The notes beneath the pieces are model-generated. The model was not told the origin of the DNA and ran no database searches. It saw only the letters and a program-made list of their open reading frames with translations. Position numbers and translations under genes: made by a program. From positions 1-43,716 of IMG/VR virus record IMGVR_UViG_3300036546_000107: a stretch of DNA of 43,716 bases. One strand, given 5' to 3'. This stretch comes from a virus. Lineage: Duplodnaviria; Caudoviricetes. Shown one piece after another: positions 9,218 through 18,158 of the stretch (its first letter is position 1; each line of letters starts with the position of its first letter).

Positions 9218-9440
9218 CTTTCAGAATCTCCTGTAGCAGTTCTTCACTAATGGCATCTAGTTTACGAAGATACTCAGCAAAGAGTTTCTCCTGTAGAGCT
9301 TTCAATGCCCCGTACTTGATTTTGCCTGGATTGAACGGGTCTTCCAGTAACCGAAAGATTGGCTCTGCAATATCCGTTCTCACACGACAGCGACCCAAGT
9401 CAATCGCTGCATGTTTCTGAGGTCTACCTCGTTTGCCCAT
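9189..9440 (-). CDS. Small putative DNA-binding protein (AT-hook-like KRGRPQK)
   Basis: Start at the ATG after GGAG; basic N-terminus. Confidence 0.55.
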   Translation of the reverse strand: MGKRGRPQKHAAIDLGRCRVRTDIAEPIFRLLEDPFNPGKIKYGALKALQEKLFAEYLRKLDAISEELLQEILKDGKSFEPDA

Positions 9441-9441
9441 A

Positions 9442-10884
9442 TCACTCCACCTTACTAACGTAATAGAGTTCATCTATTGCACGCGTAGCAGCGACATACA
9501 TCAAGTTATATTCTTGCTGCAGTTCCTCATCGCTGGACGCGTACTTGCTTGGCATAAGTTCTGGCATCAAAACGATAATGCGTTGAGCTTCCAGACCTTT
9601 TGCTCCGTGTATCGTAGTCAGCACTGGGCCATAGCTGGAACGCATCATATCCTCAAGTTTCTGTAACAACTCAGGGACACTAACGCACTCTTTCTGCAAG
9701 GCCATTAGACTCAGATACTTATCTTCCTCTCTTTCGAGAGCACCGAGCTTACGTTTTTCCAAAAGCTCAGCCTGTCTAGCTTCCCACCATTCTTGCAGCC
9801 TTACTCGAAACTGCTGAATATTATCCGCCTTAAAATGTTTCACAAAGCCAATCAGCTTCTTAGGGAAGTTTCCTGGCATATTGAACGACTTCTTCTCAAC
9901 CAGCAAACGAAGCGCAACACTAAACAGTGGGAAGTTGTTACGACACAGAACCATACAACCATCTGGTCGCAACAGCTGCCAGATAGCATCATAGTCCAAA
10001 TGCTCCACTCGACCGTCGGGCGCACCATCACGCGCAGTCAATTGTGGAACCCACTGTTTAGCCCAGTTAACAACTGTAACAGGACAACGCCAAGTAACCG
10101 ACATGCTGAGCGGCTTCATATTCCAGCGCTCTTTAGCTGTTTCCATTGTGTTAGTTCCAGCGCCACGGAAACCATAAATGCCTTGCGCTCTGTCACCAAC
10201 ACCGACAATCTTATCAGCCATACATTCTAGAATACTCAGCTGAACTTCGTTCATATCCTGGAACTCATCGACGATAACAATATCATATTTGTCCATCTGC
10301 CAGCCTTTCTCGACGATAAACATTAGAGTAAAGTAAATCATATCGTCGAAGTCAAGCTTCATCCAGTCCTTATTGCTCCATTTGAAAACAACACGGGCGG
10401 CTGCAACAATTTCCTCAGGACGAAAATCTTCGTGAGTAACATCATACGCCTCACGCAAACTTTCAACCGTCTCTGCATTGTTTGGCAGCAATAACCCAAT
10501 CCCGTTGTTTTTCATAAGACCAACAAGGCGAACAACTTCTGTTCTGGCTTCGTTCAATTCAGGGCAGCGTTTACGCAGAATCTCATAACACTTCCCTGAA
10601 TCAACTTTAACCTTACCCATTCTGCTCTTAATGAACTGAAAACAAATAGAGTGAAAAGTACCAGAAGTTACAAACGTACCCTCCAGACGCGATTGCAACT
10701 CTAATGCAATGCTTTTGTTAAAGGCTACAACGATTGCTTTCACATTGCGAGGAATATTACGACACGCCTCAACAATAACACTCGTTTTACCTGAACCAGC
10801 TACTGCTTCTATAATCAGATGCTCTTCGCTGGATGGTATCTCCGAGATAACAATCTGTTGTTCTCCTGACCAGGTTCTAGACAT
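9442..10884 (-). CDS. Superfamily 1 (UvrD/Rep-like) DNA helicase
   Basis: AVAGSGKT, TFHS, VDEFQD, VGDRAQGIYGFRGA, TWRCP, TIHGAKGLE, YVAATRA. Confidence 0.95.
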   Translation of the reverse strand: MSRTWSGEQQIVISEIPSSEEHLIIEAVAGSGKTSVIVEACRNIPRNVKAIVVAFNKSIALELQSRLEGTFVTSGTFHSICFQFIKSRMGKVKVDSGKCYEILRKRCPELNEARTEVVRLVGLMKNNGIGLLLPNNAETVESLREAYDVTHEDFRPEEIVAAARVVFKWSNKDWMKLDFDDMIYFTLMFIVEKGWQMDKYDIVIVDEFQDMNEVQLSILECMADKIVGVGDRAQGIYGFRGAGTNTMETAKERWNMKPLSMSVTWRCPVTVVNWAKQWVPQLTARDGAPDGRVEHLDYDAIWQLLRPDGCMVLCRNNFPLFSVALRLLVEKKSFNMPGNFPKKLIGFVKHFKADNIQQFRVRLQEWWEARQAELLEKRKLGALEREEDKYLSLMALQKECVSVPELLQKLEDMMRSSYGPVLTTIHGAKGLEAQRIIVLMPELMPSKYASSDEELQQEYNLMYVAATRAIDELYYVSKVE

Positions 10885-11392
10885 TCAATGACCCTTCTCT
10901 TAGTTTAAACATAACACCTTTCAGTAACTCTAAATGGTGCTCCTTAATACACGCGTTGGCAACTCGCCAACTAATATCAGAGAACATTACATCCTTCTCC
11001 ATTTCCGTCATCGTACCAATAGAACGTTTAAACTGCTCTGTAACTTCAGCATGGAACGGTGTGGAGTAGGCAATGCGACTAAGCCAACGCTCTGTTACCT
11101 TCTTAATGAGCTTACACTCCCAATCACGATAAGGAATCTCATTTATACTTCCCTCCAAATGAGAGCTCATTTTTTCTGCAACAGGAAAGTAAGCCTTAAA
11201 GTCGTCTGGCATCAACATCTGGCTCAACGCTTCTCCAAACTTCTCCCGAATTACTAACCCAGTTATGCAGCCCTCGTCCAAACGTTCTTCCCACAGCAAG
11301 GCGACCGTTGTAGTCATACCATGAGTATCTTGGAGAACTTCAATATCAGCTTTACTAAGCAACGCTCCACATGAGATTTTAGTTACGTCCAT
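10877..11392 (-). CDS. Hypothetical protein
   Basis: Operonic ORF; start uncertain (11392 or 11416). Confidence 0.65.
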   Translation of the reverse strand: MDVTKISCGALLSKADIEVLQDTHGMTTTVALLWEERLDEGCITGLVIREKFGEALSQMLMPDDFKAYFPVAEKMSSHLEGSINEIPYRDWECKLIKKVTERWLSRIAYSTPFHAEVTEQFKRSIGTMTEMEKDVMFSDISWRVANACIKEHHLELLKGVMFKLREGSLNV

Positions 11393-11603
11393 TCCATTTC
11401 TCCATACAGGCCTCATACTTGCCTACGTCTAGTTCACGACGAAGCTCGGTTCGACGGGCAATCCCATCCTCCCCTACAATTTTCCCATACACAACTTTCT
11501 GTGACAACCCAGTGCAAATAGATTGCTCCGCTAATTTGGTCACCAGAAAATAAGAAATTGCTGCAAAAGCAGCAATTCCAAAAACAGCAATTAGTGATTT
11601 CAT
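11379..11603 (-). CDS. Small membrane-anchored protein
   Basis: Hydrophobic N-terminus (LIAVFGIAAFAAISYFLV). Confidence 0.6.
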   Translation of the reverse strand: MKSLIAVFGIAAFAAISYFLVTKLAEQSICTGLSQKVVYGKIVGEDGIARRTELRRELDVGKYEACMEKWNGRN

Positions 11604-12079
11604 TTACTTTCTTCCTCCCACTTATGAAGAAGCTGATTCACCGCTGCGTCGATTTCAACTTCAGCAATATCTTTCTTAGCCTCTTCATCGCACACTGGGC
11701 GTAACGCTTCACTACCAGAAAAACATTCATGACAAGCTGTCACTTTGAAAGTCATGGGACGAGTGATGCGTGGCAACTCGTCAATGTCAGACTGCGTAAT
11801 AAATCGAGTCTCGTGACGATTGCCATGCTTATCCTCTTTGATACACAGGATATGCATATTTGGGCTGCTATGGGTAGCACCACAAGCACACTTGAAATCA
11901 TGACGCTCTAACACAAGCGCAATAGATTTCAGCGTTGGCTCGTGCAGGCGATAGGTGTAACGCTCTTCTTCATTGATATAAAGCTGGCGTTTTTTCTTCT
12001 TCGGAGTTTCCTTAACAATTGACTCGCCTTTTTCCATTTTACCGAAGAGGTCTTTTAGTAGGCTATCTGCTAAGCTCAT
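11600..12079 (-). CDS. Hypothetical zinc-binding protein
   Basis: CACG and CHEC; strong RBS GAGGAGG. Confidence 0.7.
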   Translation of the reverse strand: MSLADSLLKDLFGKMEKGESIVKETPKKKKRQLYINEEERYTYRLHEPTLKSIALVLERHDFKCACGATHSSPNMHILCIKEDKHGNRHETRFITQSDIDELPRITRPMTFKVTACHECFSGSEALRPVCDEEAKKDIAEVEIDAAVNQLLHKWEEESK

Positions 12080-12081
12080 GA

Positions 12082-12258
12082 TTAAGCCTCCTCTGATTCG
12101 CGGGCTTGAATTACAACCGACGCTTTAAGGAAGTCTCTCAGAGGGATACGCACTTCGTGCATATATTTGCCTCCGTTGTACGAGGTGATAATTACCTCGC
12201 CGTCACGGACAACGAAAGAAGAAGTAGGGAAATTTTGACAGTATGGTTTGTTACTCAT
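12082..12258 (-). CDS. Small hypothetical protein, 58 aa (MSNKPYCQNF...RESEEA), below the ORF-track cutoff
   Basis: Translated by hand; GAGGA RBS upstream; stop lies 2 nt before the next ATG. Confidence 0.6.
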   Translation of the reverse strand: MSNKPYCQNFPTSSFVVRDGEVIITSYNGGKYMHEVRIPLRDFLKASVVIQARESEEA

Positions 12259-12410
12259 GGTGCTGTCCTCGCGATGCTTTGCATCTTCAGTAAGATAAGT
12301 AGATTAACTCTGAACCTTCTCTACCTATTAGACTCCAACAAGGTTAAATTGGATAATGATTTAATTTACCAATTAATACTACTTTAAAACTCTATCACTC
12401 GCAACTACTT

Positions 12411-12842
12411 TTATAATCTGCCCATTAACTTGTCGAGCAAATCGTCAGCACTTCCAAATGATTCCTGATTCCACGGGCGCAAATGTTCAAACGGTTTCAA
12501 CAGCATTTCTGGATAAATATCAAACTCTAATTTGCAGTCGCTTTTCCAGTTTGCTTTCACCGCAGCAACAAAAGCATCACGACTTTGCTGCATAGTTACC
12601 GCATCCCAAATTGGACTCTCACTTCCATTGTCCAGGGTATCCGCGTAATGCCACCATTCAGGATTCACATGAAATCCCATGTGCTCACAACAACGCAGCA
12701 TCCACATCGCCTGCTCCAACGAATACATATCAAGTAAATTCTGGTCAGAGAAAATACTTTCAACAACGCTGTAACAAGTTTCGTGAAACTGCTTAGGAAT
12801 CCACTTCGCATTAATCTCTGCGCAATTAGCCAGCTTATACAT
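12411..12842 (-). CDS. Hypothetical protein
   Basis: 143-aa operonic ORF. Confidence 0.7.
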   Translation of the reverse strand: MYKLANCAEINAKWIPKQFHETCYSVVESIFSDQNLLDMYSLEQAMWMLRCCEHMGFHVNPEWWHYADTLDNGSESPIWDAVTMQQSRDAFVAAVKANWKSDCKLEFDIYPEMLLKPFEHLRPWNQESFGSADDLLDKLMGRL

Positions 12843-13065
12843 GTTTCATATCTCCCATAATATAACCCTGAATCAAGCCACTGATAAAGCCAGTAGCACC
12901 TTCAATCGAAAGCTCATATTTAAACGTTTCTCCATGATGCTTAATAAAAATATCAACATCACCGAGTGCTGTCTCAATCACATCAACAGAGTCATCCAAA
13001 CCTAGCTCTTTCAACTCTGTGATTTGCAGCGCAAGTAACGCTTTCTTACCTTCTCCACTAGTCAT
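12835..13065 (-). CDS. Hypothetical protein
   Basis: 76 aa, GGAG RBS. Confidence 0.65.
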   Translation of the reverse strand: MTSGEGKKALLALQITELKELGLDDSVDVIETALGDVDIFIKHHGETFKYELSIEGATGFISGLIQGYIMGDMKHV

Positions 13066-13066
13066 C

Positions 13067-13345
13067 TCAGTGTCTCCAAATTCTCAGTTGATAACTGCCA
13101 TTACTGAACTCCATAACGACAAATCGCACATTGATAGCATACCATTCCAGTGCAACAACTTTAGTCAAATCGTCAAAGTCGTGCTGTATTGTAAGAGAAG
13201 GTTCTCCATACTTCTGCATGGCTTTAATATAAGACGCAATCTGTCTCATAGAGATATTTTTCAAAATGATTCGAGTGCGACCTGAACGTAACACTGTATA
13301 AATAGTGTTACAACCTTTATCATTAGTGCCAGTAAATGCTAACAT
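13067..13345 (-). CDS. Hypothetical protein
   Basis: Start at the ATG after GGAGG, which is preceded by a GC hairpin. Confidence 0.65.
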   Translation of the reverse strand: MLAFTGTNDKGCNTIYTVLRSGRTRIILKNISMRQIASYIKAMQKYGEPSLTIQHDFDDLTKVVALEWYAINVRFVVMEFSNGSYQLRIWRH

Positions 13346-13462
13346 TTTCAAATCCTCCGCGCTACCGCGCAAACACAAAAAAGGGGTTACTTCTTACAGC
13401 AGCTCATATACTACCATAAAAAGTAACCCCTGGATACTACTAAATATAACTGGGAAAAACGC

Positions 13463-13681
13463 CTACGATGTTTGAGCATCTTTGTTATATCGGTGCTCAT
13501 TTTCAGCCCACCACTTACGCTTCTCTTGAAGCTCTTCTTCAGTCGGAGGAATCAAGCATCGTCCAGTAGTGCGCCGTGAAGCGGCAATGATTTCCTCCAA
13601 ACTAACACAGGCACCATAGTCTCTAATCCACAGCGCATACTGACCTGATGTTCTTTGGCGTTTGCCTTTGCCTGCTCCCAT
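13463..13681 (-). CDS. Hypothetical protein (SLEEI motif)
   Basis: 72 aa; overlaps 13552-13821. Confidence 0.45.
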   Translation of the reverse strand: MGAGKGKRQRTSGQYALWIRDYGACVSLEEIIAASRRTTGRCLIPPTEEELQEKRKWWAENEHRYNKDAQTS

Positions 13682-13821
13682 CTTCGAATACTCCCATCGC
13701 AGTTTTTAGTTTGGTTCCAACGTCGTCTTTCTCTCGAGGTAACAACAATCTCCTCCAGGCTGCGACAATGGCTATAATGTTTGAGGAATTCTTCATTCCC
13801 TTTCTCAACCCATTTACCCAT
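13552..13821 (-). CDS. Hypothetical protein (SLEEI motif)
   Basis: GGAGAGG RBS preceded by a GC hairpin. Confidence 0.55.
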   Translation of the reverse strand: MGKWVEKGNEEFLKHYSHCRSLEEIVVTSRERRRWNQTKNCDGSIRRWEQAKANAKEHQVSMRCGLETMVPVLVWRKSLPLHGALLDDA

Positions 13822-13871
13822 AATCCTCTCCGTTGCGCTACGCGCACTAACAGGAATATTCCCGTCACTAA

Positions 13872-14011
13872 CAATTTTTTGTCCGGCCTTAATGACAGCA
13901 GACTTTCACGCCTTTCCAAAAACGCCATCGCCGCAGGCTTCCGCCCGCGACGTTGTCGCTGGTGTAAAGTCGGAAAGTCTTGGGCTGTCAATATCGGCTC
14001 GTAAAAAATTG
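13872..14011. other. ~140-nt rod-shaped interrupted hairpin (rod A)
   Basis: Nested complementary segments: caatttttt/aaaaaattg, tgacagc/gctgtca, agactttc/gaaagtct, cttt/aaag, acgcca/tggtgt. Confidence 0.75.
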
Positions 14012-14013
14012 AG

Positions 14014-14280
14014 TTACTTGCAAACTAGTTCTGGGTACTTCTCGATAACTACCGCAGCCATCATTTGTGCGAGCACAATTTCCGACATCGCAACATAGCC
14101 AGTTGAGTAAACATACCCATCCCTACAGCGGATTTCCACCTTTCCATACTTCAGGTAAGTTGCACCAATCACAGGAGTCTGCTCTTCCATCTCTTTCGTA
14201 TGGTTTCCTACCTGCAGAATGAACTTACGAGAGTTGCCAACTGGGACGGTAGCTATCACAATGATGTTATTGTTAAACAT
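14014..14280 (-). CDS. Hypothetical protein
   Basis: 88 aa, GGAG RBS. Confidence 0.65.
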   Translation of the reverse strand: MFNNNIIVIATVPVGNSRKFILQVGNHTKEMEEQTPVIGATYLKYGKVEIRCRDGYVYSTGYVAMSEIVLAQMMAAVVIEKYPELVCK

Positions 14281-14282
14281 AA

Positions 14283-14789
14283 CTACTCCCCACCAAGCAG
14301 AAGTTTTGCAACGTCAGGTGCCAGCATATTCTGCTCTTTCAACTTGCCAACGATTTTTGCTGCGAATACGTTGTCGTAACGCGCCCGCAACTCTTTCGCG
14401 AATTCTTCAGCTTTTTTGTCGATGTGACGCTTAATCACTGACTCGATGTTCATAGTGCTGAGGTTTTTCTCAATCACCTCATCAAACGAGTTGAAACCGC
14501 CACGGTGTGAGCGGAACTCGCCAGCTCGCATCTTACGGTGAATAATGCCTCGCAGCTCGCCACTAATGAACTCCACAACTTGCGCCTGGCCCTGGTCACG
14601 CATAAGTTCCATCGCAGCCGGACGTAGTTCCTGCATCAACTGAGTGCGGATGTGGTAGATAATGTCATCACGTAAAGCCTGCTTAAAGTCCTTACTGGGG
14701 TAGTGACCATACCCGTCGTTTTCTGCAGTTTCGAAAATGTCATCAATCACGTCCTGCATATTCACAGTCACAGTAAAAGTTCCGTCCAT
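14283..14789 (-). CDS. Hypothetical helical protein
   Basis: 168 aa, TAATG-coupled. Confidence 0.7.
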   Translation of the reverse strand: MDGTFTVTVNMQDVIDDIFETAENDGYGHYPSKDFKQALRDDIIYHIRTQLMQELRPAAMELMRDQGQAQVVEFISGELRGIIHRKMRAGEFRSHRGGFNSFDEVIEKNLSTMNIESVIKRHIDKKAEEFAKELRARYDNVFAAKIVGKLKEQNMLAPDVAKLLLGGE

Positions 14790-15154
14790 TATTTGTTCTC
14801 CAAATCTTCGATAATTTCTTCCAGGCGACGCACTTCTTCCTCTAAATCAGAAATACGCTCATCCTTCCCTTCCAGCATAGATTCATACTCTCCTGCAGCT
14901 TCGTCGCGTTCATTGCCCCACTCACGCAGGACTTGGTTTGCACTTCGGACTTCCTCGATATTCGTCTCGAAGATAACCCAGTCAAAGTCAACCCAAGCCT
15001 TATGTAAGTTTTGCAACTGCTCCACGGTGCACGAGTCAAAGTCGGTATCGCAGTCTACATTCTGCACCAAGTCTTCGACTGCATCTTTGCAAGCATCAAT
15101 CAGTGGACACGTATAGTCCACTGGCTCATTACCATCTCTACTACTCATCATCAT
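14789..15154 (-). CDS. Hypothetical acidic coiled-coil protein
   Basis: TCP.ID motif, heptad-like C-terminus. Confidence 0.7.
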   Translation of the reverse strand: MMMSSRDGNEPVDYTCPLIDACKDAVEDLVQNVDCDTDFDSCTVEQLQNLHKAWVDFDWVIFETNIEEVRSANQVLREWGNERDEAAGEYESMLEGKDERISDLEEEVRRLEEIIEDLENK

Positions 15155-15158
15155 CTCC

Positions 15159-15512
15159 TCAGAACATACGTTTCAAAATATCAAAAGCCTTATACCCGTC
15201 AATTTCGGGCTCCCCACTTTCAACAACATTATGAGCCTGCCCAAACGCAACCAGCTTAATATCGTCTACCAACTCGTGAAAGTGTGGAGTGACTTTAAGA
15301 TTGATTTCCATCTTACGGAGTTGCTTGAGCACTTCTTCAAAGTCATCCTGGCGCCAAGCTGCGTTGAGGTCATTTTGAATAATACGAATTTCCTCATTAG
15401 TCCAGTGTTGACAAGGAGCGCTCGTCGCCATTCCCTTGCCGAAAGCTGCAAAGTGGTGCTGTGACACAATAAACATCCCTTTCCATTTTTGCTTTAGAGT
15501 TTCAACGTTCAT
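15159..15512 (-). CDS. Hypothetical protein
   Basis: 117 aa, ATGA overlap. Confidence 0.7.
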   Translation of the reverse strand: MNVETLKQKWKGMFIVSQHHFAAFGKGMATSAPCQHWTNEEIRIIQNDLNAAWRQDDFEEVLKQLRKMEINLKVTPHFHELVDDIKLVAFGQAHNVVESGEPEIDGYKAFDILKRMF

Positions 15513-15748
15513 GATATTTCCTTCAGCTCGTCAAGACCAAGTTCAATCAGACCAAACTGACTTTTACCAGCTTTCTCTGGGTCGTCGTACTGGAATGCCC
15601 ACTTATCATTTCTTACCTCGACCAACTTGTCACGAGCTTCCCCGTAACTGTCGGCCTCGACACGCACCAACACACGATCCAGTGGGTATCCTTGTGGTGT
15701 AAAGTGGTTACTCCCGAAGGTGAACCACCAGCATTTTTTCTCATCCAT
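15509..15748 (-). CDS. Hypothetical protein (FTFG..H...WAFQY type)
   Basis: 79 aa, AAGGAG RBS. Confidence 0.7.
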   Translation of the reverse strand: MDEKKCWWFTFGSNHFTPQGYPLDRVLVRVEADSYGEARDKLVEVRNDKWAFQYDDPEKAGKSQFGLIELGLDELKEIS

Positions 15749-15908
15749 TTGGTAACTCCTTTTTAAAGAGGAAAGTTAAGCGCTCCCGCCAGGTCATCTT
15801 CTCGATTCGTTTCAGGCGGCGTTGCGCTTTGAAATTTGCGCCACCTTCTTTTACCGCGATACGTGTAAGCCTGGCAATCCCGCTTTCATACTCGGCATGA
15901 GTTTTCAT
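15741..15908 (-). CDS. Small basic protein, 55 aa (MKTHAEYESG...KKELPNG), below the ORF-track cutoff
   Basis: Translated by hand; ATGA overlap with the upstream gene; fills the gap exactly. Confidence 0.65.
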   Translation of the reverse strand: MKTHAEYESGIARLTRIAVKEGGANFKAQRRLKRIEKMTWRERLTFLFKKELPNG

Positions 15909-16534
15909 TTTGAACTCCCACGTGAGGCGTAAACAAGGTTGTCATCCTTGTCTGGGTTAAAGCGACCCAGAATATAGTCAGGACGACGTTGGTCTGGCTG
16001 AGGGCAAGCAGCAATGATACGCCAGCCCTTTGTCAGTTCAAGCTGCAGCGCATCGGTGCAAGTATCTTCCAACAGCATAACTTCGTTATACAAAGATAAA
16101 GCCTGGCCAGGCATATGCACTTCACACTTCTGGTTATAAGTGTCGCCGCCCGTCGCCTTAAGAATAGCTTCTGGTTTCTCAGCCATGTGTTGGAATGCTG
16201 CAGCAATGTTAACCGTCTTTGTAACAACGCTCTTAACAATGACGTTATAACACTCAGCCAAAAGAAGGAAGTGCTCGCCCGTCACCCAGAGTTTACTGCA
16301 TTCTTCAATAATCGCTCGGCGTTCATACTTAGTACGAGGCTTCTTACCTTCCACTATCTCTTCTTCCGATTGGGTTTCATACTCCGGCTCAACAAGAGGA
16401 AGAATATTCAGAACACCTGGGTGCTCTTCGTTAAACGCCTGGGCTTTTTGCCAGTTAGCCAAATACTCTTCATAACGGCAATAGTTATCTAGGTCGCTGA
16501 CTTCCACTTGGTACAGCTTAATTTTCACTTCCAT
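15905..16534 (-). CDS. Hypothetical protein
   Basis: 209 aa, GAGG RBS; C-terminal QPDQRRPDYILGR. Confidence 0.75.
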   Translation of the reverse strand: MEVKIKLYQVEVSDLDNYCRYEEYLANWQKAQAFNEEHPGVLNILPLVEPEYETQSEEEIVEGKKPRTKYERRAIIEECSKLWVTGEHFLLLAECYNVIVKSVVTKTVNIAAAFQHMAEKPEAILKATGGDTYNQKCEVHMPGQALSLYNEVMLLEDTCTDALQLELTKGWRIIAACPQPDQRRPDYILGRFNPDKDDNLVYASRGSSK

Positions 16535-16542
16535 AACTACCT

Positions 16543-16737
16543 CTATTGTAGTGTTTGTGTTTCATCCAGGGCTGGTGGCATTACTTTGGCCAGCCCGCGA
16601 AAAAGTTGCAGCGCACAATCATCACAAAACAGCGTGGTGTATCCGTCACTGTCAGAGATTTCAATCATTGTCTCTGCGCCCGCGATACCGCAGCCGTCGC
16701 ATGGGTAATCGCTTTTACGAACTCTAAAAACTTCCAT
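16543..16737 (-). CDS. Small zinc-finger protein
   Basis: CDGC and CDDC; RBS preceded by a GC hairpin. Confidence 0.65.
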   Translation of the reverse strand: MEVFRVRKSDYPCDGCGIAGAETMIEISDSDGYTTLFCDDCALQLFRGLAKVMPPALDETQTLQ

Positions 16738-16910
16738 TTCAAACTCCAGACCCGCCGAAGGCGGGCGCCCTCAGGTGTCAATACCATTATGTAGGGAGGC
16801 AGCAGATTTTAATACCTCCAACTGATGCAGGACGTCAGCCTGCAGGTTTTGCTGCAATAAACAGCTCTTCCTCGATTGTACGAAGGTTACCTGCGTCAGT
16901 GCGTAGCTCT

Positions 16911-17126
16911 TTAATCAGTTTGAGTTGGTTTGACATAGTTCTTTTCCTCTACAAATGTCACGGGCGCCCCGCAACAATCACTTTCGATAAATGGAGTGAA
17001 GCCGAACTCGTGTTCTAGCTTGTCCTCCACGATATTGCACTTATGTTTGCAACGTAAGCACACGGGAAGTTTCCCTGGAGGGTTGTTTAACGCATCCTTC
17101 AGGGAAGATGTAATAAATTTGCTCAT
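16911..17126 (-). CDS. Small Cys-rich protein
   Basis: CLRC and CCG. Confidence 0.6.
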   Translation of the reverse strand: MSKFITSSLKDALNNPPGKLPVCLRCKHKCNIVEDKLEHEFGFTPFIESDCCGAPVTFVEEKNYVKPTQTD

Positions 17127-17171
17127 TAATACGTCCTATTAATTTGCAAAAGAAAGACGCTTGCGTCCCTC

Positions 17172-17660
17172 TTATTCAATGTCGAATAGGTCAGCCGCGC
17201 TATCAGGTCGCTCCACGCCAAGGGCTCGTAGATTTTCCGCTTCAGCCGCAACCTGGTCTTGCACTGACACTTCCGAACCGTGAGTATCTTCGTACATCTC
17301 CGCTTCCAGGGATGCAAGTGCGTCTGCAAGTGGTGCAGCTTCTGCTGTACCTTCAGCGGCTGCGTTTTCAACACGTACCGCCCAACCAGTTCGCGTCTTT
17401 TCAATTTTCATTCGCATAATGTCTGCGATTTTAAATTGCTCTTGGCGTTCCGCCCGAGTTTCAGGGTCGTTATGTTTGAGCATGTCACGCTCCAGGGCTT
17501 TACGGAAGGCGTAAAAGCGGAAACGTGTACGCGAGGCCATAGATTGCTCGGTCATTGGCAGATAAAAGAATGATTCGCCGGAGTCAAATTTGTGACGGGC
17601 GATAGTCAAGAGACGGAAATACTCAGTTCCGAATCGTGACGCGGTTTTTGGTGCTGGCAT
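17172..17660 (-). CDS. First leftward early gene, hypothetical protein
   Basis: Start MPAPKT after GGAG; downstream of a sigma70-like promoter. Confidence 0.75.
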   Translation of the reverse strand: MPAPKTASRFGTEYFRLLTIARHKFDSGESFFYLPMTEQSMASRTRFRFYAFRKALERDMLKHNDPETRAERQEQFKIADIMRMKIEKTRTGWAVRVENAAAEGTAEAAPLADALASLEAEMYEDTHGSEVSVQDQVAAEAENLRALGVERPDSAADLFDIE

Positions 17661-17754
17661 AGTTGTTACTCCAAGTAAGTTGGGACGCGAAGCGTCCAAT
17701 CAGTCTGTGAAAAAGTTTTCATACATACTCCTGATGTGTATTTGTTACCTTTTC

Positions 17755-17783
17755 ATTATCTTATAGGTGGTTAGTGCTGGCAA
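17755..17783 (-). promoter_or_regulatory. Putative sigma70 promoter for the leftward early operon
   Basis: Minus strand TTGCCA-N17-GATAAT. Confidence 0.55.
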
Positions 17784-17804
17784 GGAAAATGGGTAAAATA
17801 TGGT

Positions 17805-18027
17805 AAAATATTTATTTACCCCTGATGCGTCCCAGGTGCGTCCCTGAGTTCACCAAAATCGGGGGGGGGGGGCGTCTCGCCCGTACCCCTGTAGGGCTGT
17901 ATGTTAATTTTAAAAAAAAAATAAGTATATACTAACAGACAGGGGGGTGGGGGGGGGTGGGGGGGGGTGCCGATTTTGCGTAATTTAGGGACGCACTAGG
18001 GACGCACTAGGGGTAAATAAATATTTT
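17805..18027. repeat. 58-bp imperfect inverted repeat (17805-17862 / 17970-18027) enclosing G- and A-tracts; candidate origin or terminus
   Basis: aaaatatttatttacccct..tgcgtccc..gtgcgtccct...caaaatcgg and its reverse complement; located at the switch in coding strand. Confidence 0.85.
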
Positions 18028-18130
18028 CCCCCGTTGCACCTTAAAGACGGTTAAACCCTGATTAGTCCCAGTATTGATATGATGGAGGAAGCGCGAAGCG
18101 CTGATGCGAAGCATCGAGGTTATTACTGGG

Positions 18131-18158
18131 TTGTCGTGAGGTTTATAGCTGTTATAAT
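18131..18158 (+). promoter_or_regulatory. Putative sigma70 promoter
   Basis: TTGTCG-N16-TATAAT with an extended -10 TG. Confidence 0.55.

Noticed and set aside
17126-17404. 92-aa basic ORF overlapping 17172-17660
   Set aside because: Alternative frame inside a better-supported gene; TTG start and no RBS.
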